A stretch of DNA of 51,342 bases from Prorocentrum cordatum (GCA_963575745.1 CAUYUJ010000037.1:620001-671342), one strand, 5' to 3'. Shown: positions 25,481 through 36,725, numbered from the stretch's first letter. The notes: a model not told the origin generated them from the letters alone. Numbers and translations: made by a program.

Positions 25481-25680
25481 CGCTGCACCAGCAGCGCCAG
25501 CAGCGCCAGCTACACCAGGCGCAGCACCAGCAGACGCAGCACCAGCAGGCGCAGCACCAGCAGGCGCAGCACCAGCGGGCGCAGCACCAGCAGACGCAGC
25601 ACCAGTAGCAGCACCAGGCTCAGCACCAGCAGGCGCAGCAACAGTCGCAGGCGTACCAGCAGGCGCAGCAGCAGCACCGA
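25481..25680 (+). repeat. 15-bp minisatellite GCAGCACCAGCAG(G/A)C, Ala/Pro/Gly if coding
   Basis: Tandem units are visible and read AAPAG/AAPAD in ORF 25296-25727. Coding status is unsupported. Confidence 0.75.
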
Positions 25681-26863
25681 CGTTCTGTGTTACTTGCTCT
25701 TGGCGCAGATGCCTCATCACGAATTAGAGCGAGGAGGGCCGCGGTTGGAGAGCTCTCGAATGCGATTACGCACCTGACCTCCTGATCGTGTACAATGGCT
25801 TGCATGCCTTCCCAGGGGACACGTGACGCGCCATCATAGAGACGAATGCATTGAGCCTTCCTACGGTGCATCACCGCAGCGACGGCATTGAATGGGCACG
25901 AGTCCCTCTTCGGACCACCCCTCGGTGCCAGAGAATGACGTATGAAGGCAGTCATTGACACTTCGATGGCAAAATGCACTGCCCAGGAGATCGCTGCGTA
26001 GGGGACCGTAAGGCGGGGTTGGACATTTTAGTCAATCCTATCGTGGTTTGGAATGGACAGGCGATCGGGAAAGCAGCATGGCGCACTGGTGGAACTTTGC
26101 CCGCGCCGCGCGCAACCTGAAATTCACCGGCGTGGCGGCGCAAAGCGCCGCGCAATGATGCGCCTGCACTCTTGAACGCAAGGCCCGACGATCTACTGGC
26201 GGTCATGCGCAAGTCAACTACCCCGCACGCCGTCTCGACCGATTCCCGCTGCAAGCTCAAACTGACGGGGGGGGGGGGGGGGCGCGCGCCAAATTGCATT
26301 TCACATAATGTCGCATACGCACATGCAAATTAAGATATTGACTGGCTTTACACAGTACTTTGCCCCGTTCTTTATTTGCGGGGCGGGGAAGAGCTATATA
26401 TTTCAGAATGTTTTACGCCGCGCCGCTTTGGGAAGGGCCAATCCGCCTTCATCAAATTACACCAGCAATCAAACTGCATTCCGATGTCTTCGCATGATTT
26501 GGCAAAAAACGAACGTTATCTTGCAAACGACCCGTGGGCAAGCAAGTCGCGCGCCCAATCGGTGCGAATCAGAATATATACATATATACATATATATATA
26601 TACAGCACCTCGCAGAGACGCTGGTCGGACTGCAACGAGTAAGGGCTCGGCTTGAAACCAAGTCCCCGGGCTCATTTTCCTGAACTGCTGCTGGTTGATG
26701 TCATCGTTGTCAGATTGACACTCGGCTGCAATCACAATGGCCACGATGCCGATCACCTACTCCTGGCCCAGCGGTCTGAATTGAGCAGCATCCGCGCACG
26801 CACTATTCACACCGCCAAGTATCCGGGGCACGGCTTTCCAAAGTTCTAGACGTTTCGCGTATC

Positions 26864-29800
26864 CCCACGGTTCTCTCAAAGCTTGCCAACGACCTGGGTC
26901 TCTGTGTCAGCATGTTTGACAGGATGTTTCACGCCCTCCGCGGCCAAGACACGGCGGTGGTCCACCTGTCGATTTGCTACCGCATGCATCCGCAGCTCCT
27001 CGCCTTTACGAACGCAGCCTACTACGGCAAGGGTATGGCGAGCGGCATCTTGAACCCGCTCAGAGACAGGCCCATAGTTGAAGGCATCCCATGGAGAGAC
27101 ATCTCACCCTGGGAACCTAGGCGCCCGACGGAACTCGCCAAGCTCACCAGTTCCAACGAGGCCGACCTCAGCGCGACCCTTGGGCAGTTGGATCCTCCGC
27201 AGAACGGCGACAGGCACCGCTTCCCTCTTGTCGACACACCCTCGTGGGAGGTTACGTCCGGCCTCCAGCCAGGCTACGCCAACCTCCCCGAGGCAGCGCA
27301 GGCTGTGGACATGGCGCGGGCACTCCTCCCCGAGCTTGAAAGAGGCACCACCGTCCGAATCGTCGTTGGCTACCAGCTCCAAACGGCCATCCCAATGGAC
27401 GGCTGGCCACAAGGCCCGCGCCACCTCAGCGGCGCCCTGCGAAACTCGAAGAGTGGCAACAAAGGGAAATCCGGCAAGGGAAAAGGCAGTGGCGGCCATA
27501 GCGGGCGAGATATCCCCGGCCCTGGAACAGACTCCCGAGAGCACGAGGTCGACACTCACCGCTGGGAAACCGTCTTTCGGGAGGGTCGTAACGCCCACGC
27601 AGCTATCGGCACAGCCTTCCCTGGTCTCAGACAGAGTGCAGGCAAGCACATGAAAAGTGGGGCCCTCAAGCTCACTACCATCGACTCCAGCCAGGGCGGG
27701 GAGGCAGACATCGTGATTGTGCTGACCACCAGGAGCAACGGGATGCACAACTGGGGCTTTGTCGATGACGCCAAGCGGCTGAACGTGGCGAACACGAGGG
27801 CCAAGCGGAACATCATGATGTTGGGAGACGGGCGCATGTTCGCCAACGCCACTTGGTCCCAGCTACGTGCGCTTTCCGAATGCGGGCGCTTGGCCCGCCG
27901 ATGGGCCAGGTTCGGGGGCGACGGACCCGCCGGCCACAGGCAATCCCTGGTCATAGACGATAGGTTTGACCCACTGCCCGACCTCGCCACCTGGGCGCCC
28001 TCCCCCGTTGCCTGGAGTTGCGACGCGAAGGGAGAGGATGGGCGCAAGGAGCTCGATGCGGCCAAGAGAAAAGCCCGTGGCGCTCAGGCGAACAGCTTCG
28101 CCGATCGCTTCAACGCCCCACTGGCCGATGACTTCGACTGGGACTCCCTGGGCAAGTTCATCTCTGACGGCCTAAACGAGATCCTCTCGACGCCTGCCTT
28201 CCATGTGCTCATCTACCTGGTGGCGGGGCTCCACCCGCGTGAATTCTCGCTGTCCGAGACACCGCGGCAGCCTGGCAGACTCGACCAGAAGGCGTGGTCG
28301 CACCTGGGCTTCCTGTTCGACATGTCCCTGGGTTTAGACGCGACCAATCTGGTCTACAACATGCTCTGGGCAGCCATAGTGTGGTCACTCGGCCTTGGCA
28401 CTCCCTGGGAGGACGCAGGCCACGCAGTGTGCAACGACTCCCTCCCCCCGGCGCCGCACGTCAGGGGCCGACGTGCAACGGCGGGCGGCGACAGTGCACT
28501 CCCAAGGGACTTGTCCGACAGGTTCCCCAGGCGTGGAGTGCAACAACCAAGGACTGCTGCAGGCACAGGAAGCACCCTGGGATGGTTGGCCTGCAGGAGA
28601 TCTTAGGTAGTGCTTCCGTCGATCCAACCAGGGGCCGACTCCGGGAGGAGATCAAGGACACAGACGGCCTCCCCATGGAGTCTTGCAAGACCCGCTCGCT
28701 CCTGGTGGTCATGATGTTAATGCTCCGCGAGCCGCGCGTGTTCTTGTGGCCGTTCCCACACGCCGAACAGGCTGGGGACGTGATTGCAGCCATCCTGGGT
28801 TTCTGTGTCCCGTGGCAGGAAGCGCATCGAGGGTTCCGGCAGGACTTCGCGAGCACCTAGGGCCTCACGCTGGAGGACCTGGCCGATCTCCACGGGCGCA
28901 TCGAGGCAATCCTGCCACACATCTCCAAGCTCGTAGCGGTGGCACACCACCACCCCGACGCACAGGCAGCTGGCTGCCCGCAGACCTGGAGTGAGTTGGA
29001 CAGGCATGACTTCCAGCTGAAGGCCCCGCTGCTCGTCCTCGAGAAGATCGTCCCAGCCGCCTCACTGACCCCCCTGGGCACGCACCACTGCCCCCTGTGC
29101 GCGCTTCACATCGCGCTCGCGGGCTCAGACGCCTCCCTGGGTGACGACGACCGGGGTGCTGGGCTCGCCTACATCGGCGGCGGATTCGCCCTTTCCAACA
29201 CCGATCTGAACGCCCCCATGCCGCCCGCCCCCGCCCCAGGTACCAAGCAGGACCCCCCGCACATCCTCGACGACAGGCTGTTGGCTGAGCAGAAGCATGG
29301 CAGGTTCAAGTGCGACAGATGCGGCAAGGATCAGCTACGCTCCACAGACGGTACATGGATCTCGGACGATACTCGCCTGATGGTAGCGCAGAACCGGCCC
29401 CAGGCCTACCTCGACGGTACAAACATGGGATGGCACTGCGAGATCTGCTGGATTCGACACCTGGAGGACAAGGGCATCCCAGCACCAACCGGTGCAACAG
29501 TCGCGGATAAGGTCAAGGAGTACGAACACTGGAGGACCGGTGGCGCAAGTGACAAGAAGGCGAGTGCCCTCCCCTCCCTGGGTCATCTCCCACTTGGCTT
29601 TGGATGCAGCCCCCAATCGGACACGAGGACACTGGCGGATCTCATCATGACGCCGGCGGGCATGCACAACCCAAAGCGCGCCAACACCACTATTCCCATC
29701 CTACGGGTCAGGGATGAGCGATTCGGCCTTAAAGCTGCAGAGAACAAGGTCTACTCTGCTCGGTGCGACACATGCCCCCCAGGGGCACCGCTCCTAGTCT

Positions 29801-31878
29801 GGAAAACCGGAGCACCTCCCCTGGGATGCTTCATATGGAAGCCAAAGGAAGGAGTGGGTGTGCCCGAGCAAGCAGGGCTGCCTCCCATTGAGCGGCGAGC
29901 CATAGCCTGGTGGGAGCGCGACTGGAATGCCACGTGGTGCTGCCGGCGGCGCCTGGTCCCCATCTGGAACATCGGGCCCGCGACTCTGGACCACATCATT
30001 GGGAGAGACTACAGGGCACTGCACCCAGCCGAGGCCCCTGTCCTGCCGACGCTCAAAAGCCGGGTCGCAGCGGAGGCCCCGGTGGACATACTCCGCACCC
30101 TTCCCTGGATGGGCGCCGACGCCAAGGCCGCAGATCGCTTCGCCAAGACAGGAGCGGCAAACCTCCCTGGGTCCAGCGCCTTGGGAACAGCCGCCCCCGT
30201 GGCCGAGCAGGCCCCCAGGACTCTCCCGCAACTCATGGAGCTCCTGCCGGAGCTGCCAGTCCCCCAGGGGCCGCTCCTGGACTGCAGGGAGGTCACCAAC
30301 CCCACGCTCAGGTCAGACGACCCCAGGAGTAGGTCTGGCAGCGGAAACGTGGTCGTTCAGCAGCTTCTCGTGACCCACCTCCGGGACTTCCACCCTGGAC
30401 TGGACTACCTTTGGCGGCAGTTCTGCCACGGCCATTGCGATGATAACATCCCAGAGCCTAAAAACGAATAAGCCTCGTGGCCAGGCGGTCGGTTGACGAT
30501 TTTTCTCAGGGCGGCGTACGGCGACGACATCCCGGGGGATTGCTCCCCGCGCAACCAGCCCTGGGAAGGCAAGCGGCTGGCCGCCGCGCGAGTCGTCTCC
30601 CACCTCACCAACGGCGAGAAACACAAAGAGGCCTGGGAGCGGCACGTCTCGACCCTCGCCCCGGCGAGTGGCTTCAACCCAGTCAGACACGAGATGGGCA
30701 CGCTGACGAGCTTCCTGCTCAGCCTCAGTGCCGATGCCCTGGCCACGACAACCATCACCTCCCTGGCGGAGTCGCATGTGCAGGCCATGAGCGAGAACAG
30801 GCCCGGCAACGAGGCAGGGCGCCCTCCGACACAGTGGCTGGGCAAGCCCAAAGTTCCAGCAAGAACCGTGGGCGACACCTCCACAGCGGTTGGTGCAGAC
30901 TACTCCCTGGGTTCGAAAGACGCCGGGATGCGCGCTGGAGACCCGAAGGTGCCTGGCCCAGCTGCCAAAGAGGAGGACGACGAAGATGAAATTCCTGCCA
31001 CTGAGCGAGCGGATTCAGCCGACTTTGGAAGCCCCCAAGAGGCTCCTCCCCCTGATGACTGTCCGGACACGGACACGGGTGCGGAAGATGATGGCCCTGG
31101 CGCCAAGCCGCCACAGCAAAGCCCAACGGCAGAGAGCATGGAACCCAGCTCCGACGACGACCCTTTGAACGCCTGGGGTGGTGCAGCCACCACTGAGCAG
31201 AACGCCAGTGGTTCCAGGGGGCCAGGTCGAGACGAAGCCGCGCGAGACAGAGGCGCAGCACAGGACCACCGCCCCGCACTACGCAATCCGCAAGCACCAG
31301 ACCGCAGGCTGGCCTACTCTGGCGCCACGGAACGACGCGTTCTCAACCAGCTGACCGACGCCCACGGAGGCCCCATGTACAAGGCTTGGTTGGGCTCCGT
31401 GGACTTGGAGCGCCGCGGAGAGACGCCCGCCAAGTGCATCACCAGACACCAAGTTGACTTGGGTGGAGTATTCTGTGTCCTTTGGACTGCATACACAAAA
31501 GGCATCCGGATCCCTGGGTCCAAGGATCCCAAGTCAGACCCGAAGCTGCACACGGACGCGAACATCAACAAGTTCTTGGATGACTGGAAGCATTGCGGTT
31601 ACGATGCCTACGCGATGGACAAGAAGTTTAACTTCTGCATCGACTGGGCAACGGTGCGGGCCGAATACATGCGCCACACCAGGACAGACGGCACGGGCAA
31701 GGGCAACCACCAACAGAACAGCTGGCACGACCGGGCAAGGAGCTCCTGGGACGCCTGGGACAACTGGCAGAGTGGCTGGAGCTCCGGCTGGCACGACGAC
31801 CAGTGGCAGTCAGGAGGCAAGCGTGGCGGCGGCAGGCCAGATGACCGCGGCGAGAAGAGGCAGCGGTGGGGCGACTGA
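26864..31878 (+). pseudogene. 5'-truncated, disrupted ~1,670-codon ORF: C-terminal half of an Upf1/DNA2-like SF1 helicase, Cys-rich domains and a Trp/Gly-rich tail
   Basis: Helicase motifs: PTVLSK..GLCVSMFDR, CYRMHP, YANLPEA, VGYQLQ, TIDSSQGGEADIVI and RLNVANTRAK. One frameshift falls near 28450-28590. ORFs 28294-28860, 28939-30471 and 30493-31878 share one frame, broken only by TAG at 28858 and TAA at 30469. No introns are needed. Confidence 0.85.
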
Positions 31879-31964
31879 GCCCCCTCCCCCCCCTTCCCCA
31901 AGCGTTTCATGTGCAGCGTCTGTTTTCCACACTCTGTGCAGCCTTCTGTTGCCTCATGGGTTAC

Positions 31965-32564
31965 GTTTCATATACTCGGGCGGCGGCCTGCCGCCGCCCT
32001 CCCTGGTACACGCACTTCCTGCCTTTGGACCCAAGTGTGTTTACCAGCAGTACCGTCTGCATGGCATCACGGGGGCGCGTTGCGTGCAGGCCATAGTTGG
32101 CCCCGGCCCTGCTGTAGTTGTTTTCACCTCTGGCCCTGTTGGACTTCTTCCCCCGGCCTCGCGGCTCTGTGACCGTCGCCGATGGCGTTGCCTCGTCTCA
32201 GTCCAGAACCGCACTCACCATGCTCCCTGGGTTCTCAAAGGTACTGCGGCTTCAGCTGCTCTTCAGTTTCATATACACACGTGGCGGCCTTCCGCCGCCC
32301 TCCCTGGTACACGCACTTCCTGCCTTTGGACCCAAGTGTGTTTACCAGCAATACCATCTGCATGACAGCGCTGGGGCGTGTTGCGTGCAGGCCATAGTTG
32401 GCCCTTGGCCCCGCTGTAGTTGTTTTCACCTCTGGCCCACGGGATCCGTCCGCCGGCCTCGTGGTTCTGTGACCGACGCAAAGATGGCTTCGCCTCGTCA
32501 CTGTCCAGTACCGCACTCTTGCTCCCTGGGTTTCTCCATGGACAGCGGCCTTCAGCTGCTCTTC
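31965..32564 (+). repeat. ~301-bp tandem duplication in the 3' UTR of the helicase element
   Basis: GTTTCATATAC..CCCTGGTACACGCACTTCCTGCCTTTGGACCCAAGTGTGTTTACCAGCA..TTCAGCTGCTCTTC starts at 31965 and again at 32266. Confidence 0.9.
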
Positions 32565-35381
32565 TCTGCGCTCTCCTGGGTGCGACTGTGGGCGGGTGGC
32601 TTCCCGACAGCGGGTCTTCAACGTAGACCAGACGGTGCACTTCTGGTGCCGTTGAGGTACCCCTCCGGTGACAATGACTTGGGGTGCCCACCCGTAGGAC
32701 TTTGCCGCGTTCGGACGCAGGGACCAGTTGCGCACCGACCTGCGCGCACCGGCCTCAGCGTGGCAGCGGGTGGTCAGAAGACTGATCCCACATCTGTGCA
32801 GTGGTTCGCTGTTCCTTTGCTGGCCGCCAGTTTCGGTTGCCTGGACTGGCATCATCCCACCGTCGCGCCCCCGCTCCACCCGGACGAGCGGTCTTCCCTC
32901 GGCTTCTTCGTGACCACTGACTGTTGCTTGGGCTGCAGCTGGTAAGAGGCAGCACCGCTCCTCGAGCGCCCTCGTCTACTCCACTCAGGTACGCCAGGGT
33001 ACCTTGGTTAGGCGGCTCCGGTTGTGCTGGTCACGTTAGTTGCTTCCTGGTACGCGTCCCTGTTCTAATCTGGTTGGCGTCGCTTGCGATTTGTGGCCGT
33101 TAGTGGAGTGGGACTGTTGTCCCTTCCGCATGGCGTCACATCATGTCACTTGATGGTCGCTTGCGTTCGCACCTATTCGCGGCTGTCTCCTGGGCCTGGC
33201 GTGCTTGGTTCGGTTCGACACCACGAACTCCACGCCTTTGGGCTGTGTGGGTGCGCACTCTGGAGCTGCGACGGTTCGCTGGCGCTGTCAGAGCGAACCT
33301 TTCGTACGGGATGCCGACTGACGATTGCTTTTGTGTCTTTCGGTTGGTGCTTGTGCGTGGCAGGTCCCCTGGATCCCCTCGCACTTCTTTCCCTCCGAGG
33401 TTGGGGACTTCCTCCTGTTCAGTTAGTGTCTCAGACCGCTTGGTTCTGTTGCCTCTGACACGGTGGGGGTCTTGCATCGCGCCACTTTGGCAGCGTAGTT
33501 ACTTCTCCCTGGGCGCTGGGTTCCCATCAGACTCCCTGGGCAGCAGCACCCTTGCACCTGCCGCCCGGCGCCGGCCGCGGTACGCGCGCGCCCCTGGCCA
33601 ATTTATAGCGGCCGCAGCCCGACCGTTACCCGCCGCCCGCCCGCGGCTGTATAAAAAAAGTATCCCCACCAGTCGGGCTTTAGCCGAGTTCTGCGACAGG
33701 GTGCCATGATAAGTGAGGCCGCTCTCTGTGCCGCCGTTCCTTCTCTTACTGGCGCTGTGTGCCTCGTCTGACGTCCGCTGCGTCGCCTTCGCTCCCTCCC
33801 CCCCCTCTTGCCCCCGCTTGTGATTCGGCTGGAGCTTGGCGCCGCAAGGGCGACTTCTCCCTCCGTTCCGCCTGGTCTCCGCGCCTCTGCGTCCCCACCT
33901 GCTGGGATGCCTGTGCCGGTCACCTCTAATGAGGGTAATTTTGTCCCAGGCACGTGCATTCGCCATTGCGGCTTACGCGCTTCTTTGGCAAATTATCTAC
34001 GGCATGTGCCCCAGCCGTTTATCCCGCTTCTTGACCCTTGTCTTGGAGCCGCCGACCAAAAAAGTATCCCCACCAGTTCGCTCCCGCTCCCTGGCCGTCG
34101 CCTTGGAGCCGCTAACCAAAAAAATGTATCCCCACCAGTGCTCTTGCCGCCTGACCGTCGTCTCGCGGCCGCGACCGAAAAAGTATCCCCACCAGTGCCG
34201 TTTGCAGTCAGCTCAGCCAGCCTCCCTTCAGCCCGCGGCCCCGCCGGCGGTAGGTTCTGAGTGTGGCTTAGCCGCTGCTCGTTTAGGCCTGCGCGCTGCT
34301 AGTTTGACAGGCCCGTGGCCCGGACCTCTCAGCTCGGCGACTGCGACTCCGCGTCCGCCCGCGACCAAAAAAGTATCCCCACCAGCCCATTCAGAAACGA
34401 TGTTTAGGCGAGTTGAGAGGTGATCAGGGAAGTGCGGGAGCAAAGAGGTGGACGGCCGAACCGCGTGAAGAAGAGAGGGGGCGAAGGAGAAAATTTGATG
34501 GATGGATGAGGGAGTAGGGCGAAGGAGGATGAATAGGATGAGGAGGAGGAGGAGGAGGAGGAGGAGGAGGAGGAGGAGGAGGAGGAGGAGGAGGAGGAGG
34601 AGGAGGAGGAGGAGGAGGGGGAGGAGGAGGGAGGAGGAGGAGGAGGAGGAGGAGGAGGAGGAGGGGGAGGAGGAGGATGAGAAGGGATAGGAGGAGGAAC
34701 GAGGAGGAAGAAAGCAAGCAAAAGGGCCAGAGTTCTCTTGGATGTTTCTCGGAGCCTCTCGGGGTATCTCTTGGCCGTCTTGGGGCTCCCTTGGCGGTCG
34801 TGGGGGGCTCTTCGGCGTCTTGGGTGCCTCGGGGGGGCCTCTTGGGGCCGCTTGGGATCCTTTTGGGGGCCTCCTGGGGGCCTTTTGGGGGCCTCTTGGG
34901 GCCATCTTGGGACCTCGACGACGACGACCGACGCCGAGGCCCCTTGAGATCCTCGAGGCCAGAATTTCCGCATGTGTTTTCGCTTTCCCAGGCCAATATC
35001 CAAAACAATAAATCACACAATTAAGTTTGAGTAACGAAATAAGTCCCGTAAGTTCCATATGTTCATATTGGTGATAAGAGCCGCATGTCATTATTCAACA
35101 TATCGCTACTATGATGTAAGGTTTTCGATTTGCCCATCGATTTTATGAGTTGAAAGGGGTGGGCGGTATCATGTTGACATTTGATATTGCAAGCACACTG
35201 TGCACATACAACTCAACTTGAGGATTGCTCAAGTCCCTATGATGTTGCTGATGCCCAGCTTCTCTGGGCAACCCTCTCAGGAGGGACCTCCCCGGCGATC
35301 GGCCGGACGGGGGACACCGGTGAGACAGCGTCGAAGCGCCAGGAGGGATGATGCGGGGCCGAAAGAGCTTGGGCGATCCAG

Positions 35382-35417
<36 letters not shown>

Positions 35418-35431
35418 GCACATACAAGTTG

Positions 35432-35466
<35 letters not shown>

Positions 35467-35512
35467 ACCACACACACGCACCACACACACAAACATACAT
35501 TGCACACACACA

Positions 35513-35546
<34 letters not shown>

Positions 35547-36725
35547 CTCTCTCACACACAGACATTGTGCACACACAGGCAAATTCTGACACACGTTTGC
35601 ACTCGAAGGGTTTCTCGTCGCGCATCTTGGTTGCCTCATTCATCCTGCCGATGAGCCACCCTACAACCAACATATACACATAACGGGGGACCGGGTCCTG
35701 GGGGCCCAGGCCGAGAGCTCGACCACAAATGTGTGGACTGGGCTGCCTGGAGCCTTGCCGGCGCGCCAGAGGCCCTCTGAGATCGCCCGCCCGAAGACGG
35801 CCCTGGATTGCCTGAAAACACGGTTCGAGACCGCCAGAACGGCCCATGACGGCTCCAGATTGTTGAGAATTGGCCATCGCCTGTCCAAGAGGTCTCCAAG
35901 GCACCCCAAGAGGCCTCCACGAAGCTTCCCAAGAGGTAAAGGTTTAGACGGATTTGGGTTTTCTTGTTTTTTGTCGGTTTCCCAAAGCTCCAAGGCGGCC
36001 CGAGACGCCTCCAAGGACGCCCCAATATTGCCCAAGAGGCTCCCAAGAGAGCCCCAGGACGCTCCGAGAGAGTTCCACGACGGCCCCGAGAGGGCTCCAA
36101 GACGGCCCAAGAGGCCTCCAAGACGGCCCAAGAGACCCCCGAGACTACTCCAGAGAGGGTCCAGACGGGAGCGGACATCTTGAGCCCTCGGCCTCGAGCG
36201 GCCCCACGGAAGCCCAGAGAGGCCCCTAAGAAACCCCAAGAGGCCCGAAGAGGCTTCCAAGAGGCCCCCAACCCCCAAGAGGGCCGAAGAGGCCTCCAAG
36301 AGGCCCCCACCAGGCCTCCAGGAGGCCCCCACGAGGCCTCCACGAGGCCCCAAAGAGCCAAATTCATTCATATGTCAAAAGTTTTGGAGGATTTGGGCGT
36401 TCTCGCCTGTGCGGCTTTCCGACGTTCCGAGGCGGCCCAAGAGGCTTCCAAGATCGCCCCACCATTGCCCAAGAGGCCCCCAAGAGCGCCCCAGCTCACC
36501 TCAAGAGTTCTCCAAGGCGGCCGCAGAGGCCCGCAAGACGGCAGTCCCAGAGACCTCCAGGACGTCCCGATAGACCTCGACGAGCGCTCCCCAGACGGGA
36601 CCAAGAGCTAAAATGAATTGATATTCCTGACGCTTTTGAACGACGCCCCCAGGCGACCCGAGAGAACTCCAAGACGCTCAAAGAAGCCTCCATGAGGCCT
36701 CTCAAGAGGGCCCAAAGAGGCAAAA

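Larger units (their letters stand above)
26859..34385 (+). mobile_element. Array 1: five stacked A-tailed inserts separated by GTATCCCCAC(CAG) target-site repeats
   Basis: Motif copies at 26859-26868 (10 bp), 33660-33672, 34064-34076, 34126-34138, 34183-34195 and 34373-34385. Each copy after the first is preceded by A5-7 (one copy has A7T). Inserts are about 6791, 391, 49, 44 and 177 bp. Confidence 0.85.

Noticed and set aside
26912..28606. Functional host UPF1/NAM7 gene starting at ATG 26912
   Set aside because: It lacks the CH domain and Walker A/B. Homology begins upstream of this ATG at the TSD. The frame is disrupted and the C-terminal region is unrelated to Upf1.
28858..30471. Programmed stop-codon readthrough or an alternative genetic code
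   Set aside because: Two different stops plus a frameshift in a 5'-truncated copy are more simply explained by decay. It cannot be excluded without other copies.
33653..34385. Bona fide CRISPR array
   Set aside because: The repeat is only 13 bp plus a variable A-tract. The spacers range from 38 bp to 6.8 kb and are mutually homologous at their 3' ends. There are no cas genes and the context is eukaryotic.
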